A stretch of 40,932 bases of DNA. It comes from an uncultured candidatus Brocadiaceae bacterium (GTDB taxonomy: Bacteria; Planctomycetota; Brocadiia; SM23-32). The notes beneath the pieces are model-generated. The model ran no database searches. It saw only the letters and a list, made by a program, of their open reading frames with translations, and was not told the DNA's origin. The translations under genes were made by a program, and so were the position numbers. The stretch's first letter is position 1. The number at the start of each line of letters is the position of its first letter. The DNA is taken from NCBI GenBank assembly GCA_964346565.1, contig CAYFVS010000224.1, positions 1 through 40,932 of the forward strand, given 5' to 3'. Positions 34,014-40,932 of the stretch are shown piece after piece.

Positions 34014-35129
34014 CTACCAGTCGGCCACCGAGCCGTCGCCGTGCCACAGGCGCGGCGTCTCCCATGAGCCGTCGCAGGCGTTCTCGGCGACGGCCTGCTC
34101 GTCTACCTCGATTCCCAGGCCCGGACCGTCGGGGATGGGGATATGGCCGTCCTCGACCACGAACGGTTCCTTGAGGTACGTCTCGCCAAGGGTGACCTGC
34201 TCCTGGCACAGGAAGTTGGGTATGCAGGCGTCCAACTGCAGCCCGGCGGCAAGCGAGACCGGCCCCAGCGGGCAGTGAGGGGCCACGGCAGCGTAGTGCG
34301 CTTCCGCCATGGCGGCGATCTTGCGCACCTCCAGGATGCCGCCCGCGTGCGAGAGGTCCGGCTGCAGGATGACCGCCGCCTCCTTCCGGAGCACCTCCCG
34401 AAAGGCCCACTTGGTGAACAGCCGCTCCCCGGTGGCGATGGGCACGGATGTGCTGCGGGCGATACGCGCCATGGCGTCCACGTTCTCCGGCAGGCAGGGC
34501 TCCTCGACGAACATCGGCCCGAACGGCTCCAGCTCGCGGATGAGCCGGATGGCCAGTGCCGGGCTGATGCGCCCGTGGAAGTCGAGGGCGATGTCCACGC
34601 CCTCCCCCACCCGCTCCCGCAGGTTAGCCATGCGTTCGACCGCCTGGCGGATGAACTGCGGCCCCTCCAGGAACCGTGCCGCGCCGCACGGAGCGGTCTT
34701 GATAGTCGTGAATCCCTCCGCAACGCGCGCAGCGGCGGAGGCCACGTATTCCTCCACCGACTCGCCGCCGAAGTGCGCATACACTCGGATGCGTTCCCGC
34801 ACGGGGCCGCCCAGCAGCTCGTAAACCGGCACGCCGAGGGCCTTGCCCTTGATGTCCCACATGGCCTGTTCGATGCCGGACAGCGCGCTCACCAGGATGG
34901 GCCCGCCGCGGTAGAAACCCCCGCGGTAAAGCGCCTGCCAGTGGTGCTCGATACGTCGCGGGTCCTTGCCTACCAGGTACTCGCCCATCTGCCGGACGGC
35001 AGCGGCCACTGTGCGCGCCCACCCCTCGACTATGGGTTCCCCCCATCCGGTGATGCCCTCGTCGGTATGCATCTCCAGCAGCAGCCAGCGCGGGCGGACG
35101 AAGAACGTCTCAAGCTGCGTGATCCTCAT
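34014..35129 (-). CDS. dgoD: D-galactonate dehydratase (enolase superfamily)
   Basis: It aligns almost end to end with E. coli DgoD as I recall it: TDEGITGWGEPIVEGWARTV, YRGGFYRGGPIL, WDIKGKALGVPVYELLGG, LDFHGR, FVEEP, ATGERLF, LQPDLSHAGGI, APHCPLGP, and the C-terminal VADW. Confidence 0.88.
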   Translation of the reverse strand: MRITQLETFFVRPRWLLLEMHTDEGITGWGEPIVEGWARTVAAAVRQMGEYLVGKDPRRIEHHWQALYRGGFYRGGPILVSALSGIEQAMWDIKGKALGVPVYELLGGPVRERIRVYAHFGGESVEEYVASAAARVAEGFTTIKTAPCGAARFLEGPQFIRQAVERMANLRERVGEGVDIALDFHGRISPALAIRLIRELEPFGPMFVEEPCLPENVDAMARIARSTSVPIATGERLFTKWAFREVLRKEAAVILQPDLSHAGGILEVRKIAAMAEAHYAAVAPHCPLGPVSLAAGLQLDACIPNFLCQEQVTLGETYLKEPFVVEDGHIPIPDGPGLGIEVDEQAVAENACDGSWETPRLWHGDGSVADW

Positions 35130-35210
35130 GGCTTGTCTCTCCCTTGGTCGCGGCCCCCCTTATATCGCCTCCTGTCCTCTGCCACAAACGCGCGACGCTG
35201 ACCGATACTC

Positions 35211-35239
35211 TTGAACGAGCGATTGGGAGCGGTTAGCCT
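35211..35239 (+). promoter_or_regulatory. Candidate promoter for the lactonase-to-DHDPS operon (TTGAAC - 17 nt - TAGCCT)
   Basis: The hexamers are at 35211..35216 and 35234..35239. The -10 is embedded in the same 10-mer GTTAGCCTCC seen at 27486..27495. Confidence 0.35.
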
Positions 35240-35276
35240 CCGCGACCGTCCCCTGACGGAGGGAGCAAAGCGAGTC

Positions 35277-36134
35277 ATGCAGCCCGAGTTGATAGCCGAC
35301 TACGAGTGCGTCACCGGGGAGGGCCCTCTGTGGCACCCGGACGAGAAGCAGCTCTACTGGGTGGACATCCCGACCGGGCGGATGTTCAGGTACTGCCCTG
35401 CCGCGGGCCGGCACGAGCAGTGCTACGAGGGCCGGCCGGTGGGCGGGTTCATCATCCAGCAGGACGGCGACCTGCTGCTGTTCATGGACCGGGGGACGGT
35501 CGCCGCATGGGGGGACGGCGACCTGGAGGTGCTCATCGAAGAAGTGCCCGAGGAGCGGGAGACCCGGTTCAACGACATCATCGCCGATCCCGAGGGGCGC
35601 GTCTTCTGCGGCACGATGCCCACGAAGGACCGCCTGGGCCGGCTGTACCGCCTGGATGCCGACGGCACGTTGACTGTCGTGCTTGAGGGTATCGGCTGCA
35701 GCAACGGCATGGGCTTCACGCCGGACGGGGCCGGCATGTACTACACGGATTCCCGCAAGCGGGAGATCTACCTGTTCGACTACGACCGGTCCACCGGCGG
35801 GCTGAGCAACCGCCGCGTGTTCGTGCGCACCCCGGCCGGCGAGGGCGTGCCGGACGGGATGACCGTGGACGCGGAGGGCTGCGTATGGTCCGCCAGATGG
35901 GACGGCGGCTGCGCGCTGCGCTACTCGCCGCGGGGTGACGAGCTCGAGCGCATCGAGTTCCCGGCCCGCAAGGTCTCCTGCGTCACGTTCGGCGGACAGG
36001 GCTGCCGGGACATGTACGTCACCACGGCGGGCGGAACCGACAAGGAGGCCAACGGACCGGGAGCCGGGGCGTTGTTCCGGGTGGATGCCGGCGTGACCGG
36101 CGTGCCGGAGTTCCGCTCGCGGCTCCTGCTCTGA
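35277..36134 (+). CDS. SMP-30/gluconolactonase/LRE-family sugar lactonase
   Basis: GEGPLWHPDEKQLYWVDI, RFNDIIADPEGR, SNGMGFTPDG and PDGMTVDAEGCVWSA are the six-bladed propeller lactonase blocks. The ATG start at 35277 follows GGAGGGA; the TTG-extended listing is unlikely. Confidence 0.8.
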   Translation: MQPELIADYECVTGEGPLWHPDEKQLYWVDIPTGRMFRYCPAAGRHEQCYEGRPVGGFIIQQDGDLLLFMDRGTVAAWGDGDLEVLIEEVPEERETRFNDIIADPEGRVFCGTMPTKDRLGRLYRLDADGTLTVVLEGIGCSNGMGFTPDGAGMYYTDSRKREIYLFDYDRSTGGLSNRRVFVRTPAGEGVPDGMTVDAEGCVWSARWDGGCALRYSPRGDELERIEFPARKVSCVTFGGQGCRDMYVTTAGGTDKEANGPGAGALFRVDAGVTGVPEFRSRLLL

Positions 36135-36160
36135 CCGTCGGATTCGGGGGTGGAACCCGG

Positions 36161-37111
36161 ATGATCCGGCAGAACGACCCGGGAAACCTGGACGTGGTTG
36201 GGCTGGGCTTGGCCACGCTGGACGTTCTCTTCCGCTGCCGCGAACCGGCAGACGGGCCGCGGCCGAGCTTCGAGGATTTCCGCCTGGAGGGTGGCGGACC
36301 GGTCGGCACTGCGCTTGTCGCCGCCTCTCGGCTCGGCGCCCGGACCGCCTACGTTGGCACAGCCGGCACCGACTACGCCGGGGAGTGCAAACTGCTATCC
36401 CTGAGCCGGCACGGCGTGGACGTGAGCCGCGTGGTAAGGCGCGAGGGACCCGAGACGCAGGTGATCCTGGTCTGGGTGGACGCCGAGACGGGCGAGCGCA
36501 GCTTCACTTGCCCGTTCCCCTGGCGGCAGGACCCCCTGAGAGCCGAGGAACTGGACCGCAGTTTCATCACCGCCGCCCCCTGCCTGCACCTGGACGGGAA
36601 CCACGCGGAGGCTGCTCTTGCCGTGGCCCGCTGGACACGCGAGGCCGGCGGGACGGTCGTCATGGACTGCGGCACTACCTCCAGGCGGCCGGGCGAGGGA
36701 AGGCGGGAGCTTCTCAAGTGGACCGACGTCCTGATATGTGGAAGCGGCTTCGCCCAGGCGCTGACCGGCCAGCCGGACGTTGAGTCGGCCTGTCGGGCGG
36801 CGCTTCAGTGCGGCCCCCGGCTCGTCGTGCAGACCGAGGGCGAGCGCGGCAGCTACACCGCGACCCCGGCCGAGCAGTTCCACACGCCGGCCTTCCGGGT
36901 GGACGTTGTGGACACCACCGGGGCGGGAGATGTCTTCCACGGCGCTTACATCGTGGGGCTGCTGCGGGGCTGGGACCTTCGGAGGACCGCCGTCTTCGCC
37001 AGCGCGGTTTCGGCCATGTGCTGCATGCGCTTGGGCGGGCGCAGCGGCGTGGGCACCTTCGAGGAGACTCTCGGTTTCTGCCGCGAGCGAGGGATCGAAC
37101 TGGGACCATAG
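36161..37111 (+). CDS. PfkB-family carbohydrate kinase
   Basis: VVGLGLATLDVLF, GGGPVGTALVAASRLGA and VDTTGAGDVFHGAYIVG. It is a paralogue of 24167..25102. From memory, both resemble the YihV-type branch of PfkB kinases. Confidence 0.8.
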   Translation: MIRQNDPGNLDVVGLGLATLDVLFRCREPADGPRPSFEDFRLEGGGPVGTALVAASRLGARTAYVGTAGTDYAGECKLLSLSRHGVDVSRVVRREGPETQVILVWVDAETGERSFTCPFPWRQDPLRAEELDRSFITAAPCLHLDGNHAEAALAVARWTREAGGTVVMDCGTTSRRPGEGRRELLKWTDVLICGSGFAQALTGQPDVESACRAALQCGPRLVVQTEGERGSYTATPAEQFHTPAFRVDVVDTTGAGDVFHGAYIVGLLRGWDLRRTAVFASAVSAMCCMRLGGRSGVGTFEETLGFCRERGIELGP

Positions 37112-37121
37112 GGAGAGGACG

Positions 37122-38435
37122 ATGGCGCGCGCAGTCAACGTAAGTGTCATAGGTGCCGGCAGCGCGCAGTTCTCGCTGGGGCTTGTGAAGGACCTGTGCC
37201 TGACCGAGGGCCTGGCCGGCAGCCGAGTCTGCCTGATGGACATAGACGCGGAGCGGGTCCAGATGATCGAAACGCTCGCCAGGCGCTATGCCGACGAGCT
37301 GGACGTCGAGGTGACCTTCACGGCAACCACCGAGCGCGAGGAGGCCCTGCGAGGAGCAGACTTCGTGCTGAACACGGCCTCGGTCGGCGCCCACGGCGGG
37401 GGCGGGTTCGGCCGCGTGCACAACCTGCGGTTCTTCCTGAGCGTGGCCCGAGACGTGGAGCGTATCTGCCCCGACGCCTGGCTCATCCAGTCGGGCAACC
37501 CGGTCTTCGAGGGATGCACGCTGATGAGCCGGGAAACATCGGTGAAGGTCGTGGGCTTGTGCCACGGGCACTACGGCGTCTATGAGATGGCGGACGTTCT
37601 GGGCCTGGAGGACGCCCGCGAGCACCTGTCCTGGCAGGCTGCGGGCTTCAACCATGTCATCTACCTGACCCACTGCCACTACAAGGGCGAAGATGTCTAT
37701 CCGATGCTCGACGAGTGGATCGAGAAGGAATCCGAGCAGTACTGGGCCACCTACGAGCCCGGCTTCGGGGAGAACCAGATGTCGCGGGCGGCCATCACGC
37801 AGTACCGGATGCTGGGCTACATGCCCATCGGCGACACGCCGCGCGCCGGCGGCTGGTGGTTCCACACCAGCCAGGAGACCAAGCGGCAGTGGTTCGGCCC
37901 GCTCGGCGGCTTCGACTCAGAGGAAGGCTGGGGCCAGTACATCTACTGGCTGGAGAGAGAGCGGGAGCGCATGTTCGAGGCGGCCCGCAACCCGGACGTG
38001 TCCGTGACGGACGAGTTCCCCCCGGAGAGGACCAGCGAGCAGATCGTGCCCATCATTGACGCGCTGACCAACGACAACGCCGGCTACTTCCAGGTCAACA
38101 TACCCAACAGCGGCCTGGTTGACCGCATCCCGGATGACGTGGTCGCGGAGGTGCCGGCCTACGTCAGCAAGCGGGGCATCCAGGGGATCCGAGTGGGAGA
38201 GATGCCCCGCAGCGTCATGGTGCAGGTCCTTCTGCCGCGGCTGGCCCAGGCGGAGCAACGCATCGAGTTCGCCCGCAACCCGAACGAGGGCCTGATGCTG
38301 CACATTATTCTCCACCAGCACACGCGGTTCTCCAACCGCTACGCGCCCCCGGTGGAATCCTACGAGGAGGCCGAACGGCGCATGGCGGAGATTCTGGAGG
38401 AGGATCAGCAACTTGCCCAACTGCTGGAGGGCTGA
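37122..38435 (+). CDS. Glycoside hydrolase family 4 (NAD+/Mn2+-dependent glycosidase)
   Basis: It has the N-terminal NAD fold VSVIGAGSAQF, the Cys-His metal motif VVGLCHG and AAGFNHV, and is 437 aa. The start at MARAVNV (37122) follows GGGAGAGGA; the 551-aa listing is an extension through the upstream kinase. Confidence 0.85.
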   Translation: MARAVNVSVIGAGSAQFSLGLVKDLCLTEGLAGSRVCLMDIDAERVQMIETLARRYADELDVEVTFTATTEREEALRGADFVLNTASVGAHGGGGFGRVHNLRFFLSVARDVERICPDAWLIQSGNPVFEGCTLMSRETSVKVVGLCHGHYGVYEMADVLGLEDAREHLSWQAAGFNHVIYLTHCHYKGEDVYPMLDEWIEKESEQYWATYEPGFGENQMSRAAITQYRMLGYMPIGDTPRAGGWWFHTSQETKRQWFGPLGGFDSEEGWGQYIYWLERERERMFEAARNPDVSVTDEFPPERTSEQIVPIIDALTNDNAGYFQVNIPNSGLVDRIPDDVVAEVPAYVSKRGIQGIRVGEMPRSVMVQVLLPRLAQAEQRIEFARNPNEGLMLHIILHQHTRFSNRYAPPVESYEEAERRMAEILEEDQQLAQLLEG

Positions 38436-38437
38436 CC

Positions 38438-39187
38438 GTGTCTCAGGGGCTCAACGTGTTCCTGACCGGCGCCACGGGGCGGGTGGGCAGCGTGCTGCTC
38501 GAGCCGTTCCGGGAGCGCTATGCGCTGCGGGCGCTCTACCGTGGGGAGTCTGACGACCCGGCCGCCGTCTTCGGGGACCTGCACGATCTGGACGCCCTGG
38601 CTGCCGGGATGGACGGGGCGGACGTCGTCGTGCACCTGGCCGCGCACGCGCACGAGGCCGGTTTCATGGACGTCATCCTGCCCAACAACATCGTCGGCAC
38701 CTACAACGTCTTCGAGACGGCCTTCGAGCAGGGCGTCCGGCGCGTGGTGTTCGCCAGCACGTGCCACGTGGTGCAGTGGCGGAAAGCGGAGCGGACGATA
38801 CGGGTCGCCGACCCGGTCCGACCTACCGGGTTTTACGGCGTCTCCAAGGTCTTCGGCGAGGCGCTCGGGCGGCACTACCACGAGCAACACGGCATGGAGG
38901 TGGTCTGCATCCGCATCGGCTGGCTGCTGCCCTACGATGAGCCCGGCCTGAAGGACGATCCATACAAGCGCGGCATCTGGCTGAGCCCCGGGGACGCCGT
39001 TCGCCTGTTCCGCCTGGCGGTGGAGAGGCCGGATGTCGGCTACGCGTGCGTCTTCGGCACGTCCGTGACCGCGCCGCGGATTGTCAGCATGGAGGAAGCG
39101 CGGGACCTGCTCGGCTACGAGCCGGAAGACGACGTGGCTCGGCTCTACGGCCGGCGCGCCGAAGACGACCGCTGCCAACCCACGTGA
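38438..39187 (+). CDS. NAD-dependent SDR-fold dehydrogenase, uronate-dehydrogenase-like
   Basis: VFLTGATGRVG, VVHLAA, NIVGTYNVFE, RVVFASTCH, YGVSKVFGE (YxxxK) and CIRIG have the same block order as Agrobacterium Udh as I recall it. The GTG start lies 2 nt after the GH4 stop. Confidence 0.7.
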   Translation: MSQGLNVFLTGATGRVGSVLLEPFRERYALRALYRGESDDPAAVFGDLHDLDALAAGMDGADVVVHLAAHAHEAGFMDVILPNNIVGTYNVFETAFEQGVRRVVFASTCHVVQWRKAERTIRVADPVRPTGFYGVSKVFGEALGRHYHEQHGMEVVCIRIGWLLPYDEPGLKDDPYKRGIWLSPGDAVRLFRLAVERPDVGYACVFGTSVTAPRIVSMEEARDLLGYEPEDDVARLYGRRAEDDRCQPT

Positions 39188-39207
39188 CTCCCGCAGGAGA
39201 GTGAACG

Positions 39208-40116
39208 GTGGCCGAACCGTATCGAGGCATCTTCACCATACCATCCACGCCCTTCCAGGAGGACGGGGCGATTGATGGGCCGGGCTTTCGGCGGGTTGTG
39301 GACTTCTGCATCGAGTGCGGCGCCCACGGGCTTGTCTGGCCGGTGAACGCCAGCGAGTTCGCCTGGCTCAGCGACGCAGAGCGCTTCGAGCTGGCGGAAG
39401 TGCTGGTGGAGCAAACCGACGGGCGCCTGCCGGTCGTGGTCGGCGTGGCCGGCCTCAGCAGGGAGGTGGCAAGCCGGTTCGCCGCGCACGCCCGCCGCGC
39501 TGGAGCGGACGCCGTCATCGCCATGCCGCCCTACGCGCGCTACCGCCGACTGCCCGAAGAGGTCATCCTGGGCTACTACGAGGGCATCTCAGAGGCCGCC
39601 CGGATACCGGTCTTCATCCAGAACTACGTGCCGCCCATCGGCACCGACATGTCGCCGCAGTTCATGCTGCGTCTCTGCCGGGAGGTGGAGCGCGTGGTTT
39701 ACATCAAGGAGGAGACCGTGCCGAGCACCATCAAGCTGACCGAGATCCTGAGGGCTAATCAGGGGGAATGCGTGGGCGTCTTCGGCGGCTCCGGCGGGCG
39801 ATACCTCATCGAAGAGCACCGTCGCGGCTCCGCCGGCAACATGCCCGGCTGCCACGTGACGGACGTGGTGGTCGCTCTGTGGGAGGCGCTGGAGGTCGGC
39901 GAGCACGAACTTGCCATGCACATCTACAAGGAGATGGCTCCGCTGTTCTTCTTCGAGAAGCAACTGCCCGGCTGCTACAAGGAAGTCCTCCGCCGGCGGG
40001 GCGTCATCGAGTGTGCCCTCAAACGGAACGGCGAGATGCCGTTCGATGAGACGGCTTCCGAGTACCTTGACGAGATACTGGCTGCCCTGAGACCCTTGAT
40101 GACCTGGGGCGTATAG
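39208..40116 (+). CDS. DHDPS/N-acetylneuraminate-lyase-family class I aldolase or dehydratase
   Basis: GIFTIPSTPFQEDGAID, VVVGVAG and the Schiff-base Lys context VVYIKEET; 302 aa. The family includes KDG aldolases and 5-dehydro-4-deoxyglucarate dehydratase, and I cannot distinguish between them from the sequence. Confidence 0.8.
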   Translation: MAEPYRGIFTIPSTPFQEDGAIDGPGFRRVVDFCIECGAHGLVWPVNASEFAWLSDAERFELAEVLVEQTDGRLPVVVGVAGLSREVASRFAAHARRAGADAVIAMPPYARYRRLPEEVILGYYEGISEAARIPVFIQNYVPPIGTDMSPQFMLRLCREVERVVYIKEETVPSTIKLTEILRANQGECVGVFGGSGGRYLIEEHRRGSAGNMPGCHVTDVVVALWEALEVGEHELAMHIYKEMAPLFFFEKQLPGCYKEVLRRRGVIECALKRNGEMPFDETASEYLDEILAALRPLMTWGV

Positions 40117-40141
40117 GCCACCAATCGGAAGGAGCCCGAGG

Positions 40142-40932
40142 ATGCGACGTTTCTTCTCCGCCGACAGCTTCTGGAACACGCCGATAGCCGCCGACGCCGA
40201 GAGCGACCCCCGCAGCGAACGTTGCGTGGAGCTGCTCCGGCGGGAGCCCACCGGCGGGCTGCACATCAACATCGTCCACTACACCGTCCCTGTCTACGAA
40301 GTTGACGCCGACACGCCCTTGCGCATCGTGCACCAGCGCGTTGCTGCCGACCGGCAGGGCCGGCCGCGTACGTGGGGTCCGGCCGGGCACACCTTCAGGC
40401 ACGGGCCCGGCTTCGGACCGGAGGTGCCGATCCCGGACCACGCCGTCTCCGACCCCGCCAGCGACAAGCACATGGCTCTGGTTGACCCCGAGCTGGCCCT
40501 GTGCTGGGACATGTGGGCCGCCCGCCGTCGCGAGGACGACGAGTGGGAGAGCTACACCGGGATGCACTACTCCCTGGACGGCGACGGTGTGTGGCGCGTC
40601 TCGGACTTCTCGGTCCAGGACGGCGAAAGCATCCACTTCCACGGGCCGGGCCGGGCGGCCGGCGTGCCCGTCATCGCCGGCCTTATCATGCGCGAGGAGG
40701 TCCTCGCCGGTCGCATCGAGCACAAGCTGGCATTCGCCACGCGCTACAGCGCCTACAAGGAGTTTGTCTCCCCGGCCGCCTGGACGGACGGGAACCTGGT
40801 GGGCGGCGTGCCCGAAGGCGCCGTCTTACAGCTCGACCCGGATCTCGATCTGGACGCGCTCGACATCTCCCCCGGCGGACGCACGGTGGCCAGAGCCCTG
40901 CAGGAGTACGGCATGGTCAACGTGGACTGCGC
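40142..40932 (+). CDS. Conserved-looking hypothetical protein, N-terminal 263 codons only (truncated by the window end)
   Basis: Not in the ORF track because it has no in-window stop. My own translation from the ATG at 40142 (RBS GGAAGGAG) is open to the end of the window: MRRFFSADSFWNTPIAADAESDP...DKHMALVDPE...CWDMWAA...GRAAGVPVIAGLIMREEVLAGRIEHKLAFAT...LQLDPDLDLDAL...ARALQEYGMVNVD. I recognise no family for it. Confidence 0.6.
   Translation, partial: MRRFFSADSFWNTPIAADAESDPRSERCVELLRREPTGGLHINIVHYTVPVYEVDADTPLRIVHQRVAADRQGRPRTWGPAGHTFRHGPGFGPEVPIPDHAVSDPASDKHMALVDPELALCWDMWAARRREDDEWESYTGMHYSLDGDGVWRVSDFSVQDGESIHFHGPGRAAGVPVIAGLIMREEVLAGRIEHKLAFATRYSAYKEFVSPAAWTDGNLVGGVPEGAVLQLDPDLDLDALDISPGGRTVARALQEYGMVNVDC

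Noticed and set aside
1-40932. Scan for CRISPR arrays, IS elements/transposases, integrases, prophage genes, tRNA/rRNA genes and large direct or inverted repeats
   Set aside because: I found none by eye in either strand's translations or in the intergenic regions. The only repeated elements noted are paralogous genes (two MFS, three PfkB kinases) and the 10-mer GTTAGCCTCC. An exhaustive repeat search needs software.

Overview
This is a high-GC (about two-thirds G+C by eye) bacterial chromosomal segment with about 38 tightly packed protein genes. I found no tRNA or rRNA genes, CRISPR arrays, transposases, integrases or phage genes. All calls rest on reading the six-frame translations and both DNA strands for motifs I recognise; no database search was run. 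Many long antisense or extended ORFs in the supplied track are high-GC artefacts, and several true starts lie internal to the listed ORFs.

Gene content, left to right:
- An envelope-glycan module: GT87/DUF2029-like membrane glycosyltransferase, UGM-like flavoprotein and CE4 deacetylase.
- aroA plus an MFS transporter.
- rdgB and a Lon homologue whose protease Ser-Lys dyad is replaced by Ala/Arg.
- A 476-aa radical SAM enzyme.
- A nine-gene minus-strand operon headed by a near-consensus sigma70 promoter and a textbook cobalamin riboswitch. Its gene order is a DUF1559/H-X9-DG pseudopilin-like gene, a small membrane-anchored ORF, cobU, cobT, cobS, btuF, btuD, btuC.
- A TIM-barrel sugar isomerase, a secreted HEAT/TPR protein, lysA and radA.
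- A divergent sugar locus: Gfo/Idh/MocA oxidoreductase, GH130 and a PfkB kinase on one side, and a class II aldolase plus MFS on the other.
- ilvBN behind a Val-rich leader-peptide attenuator.
- A galactoside/sugar-acid cluster: kdgK, eda, dgoD, SMP-30 lactonase, PfkB kinase, GH4, a uronate-dehydrogenase-like SDR, a DHDPS-family lyase and an unknown gene cut by the window edge.

The most interesting observation is that the B12 riboswitch directly controls a prepilin-type DUF1559 protein, a family with no assigned function. That protein leads a corrinoid salvage/import operon that contains no outer-membrane receptor gene. No DNA-binding transcription factor is recognisable anywhere in the 41 kb. 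The regulation visible here is RNA-based: the riboswitch and the attenuator.
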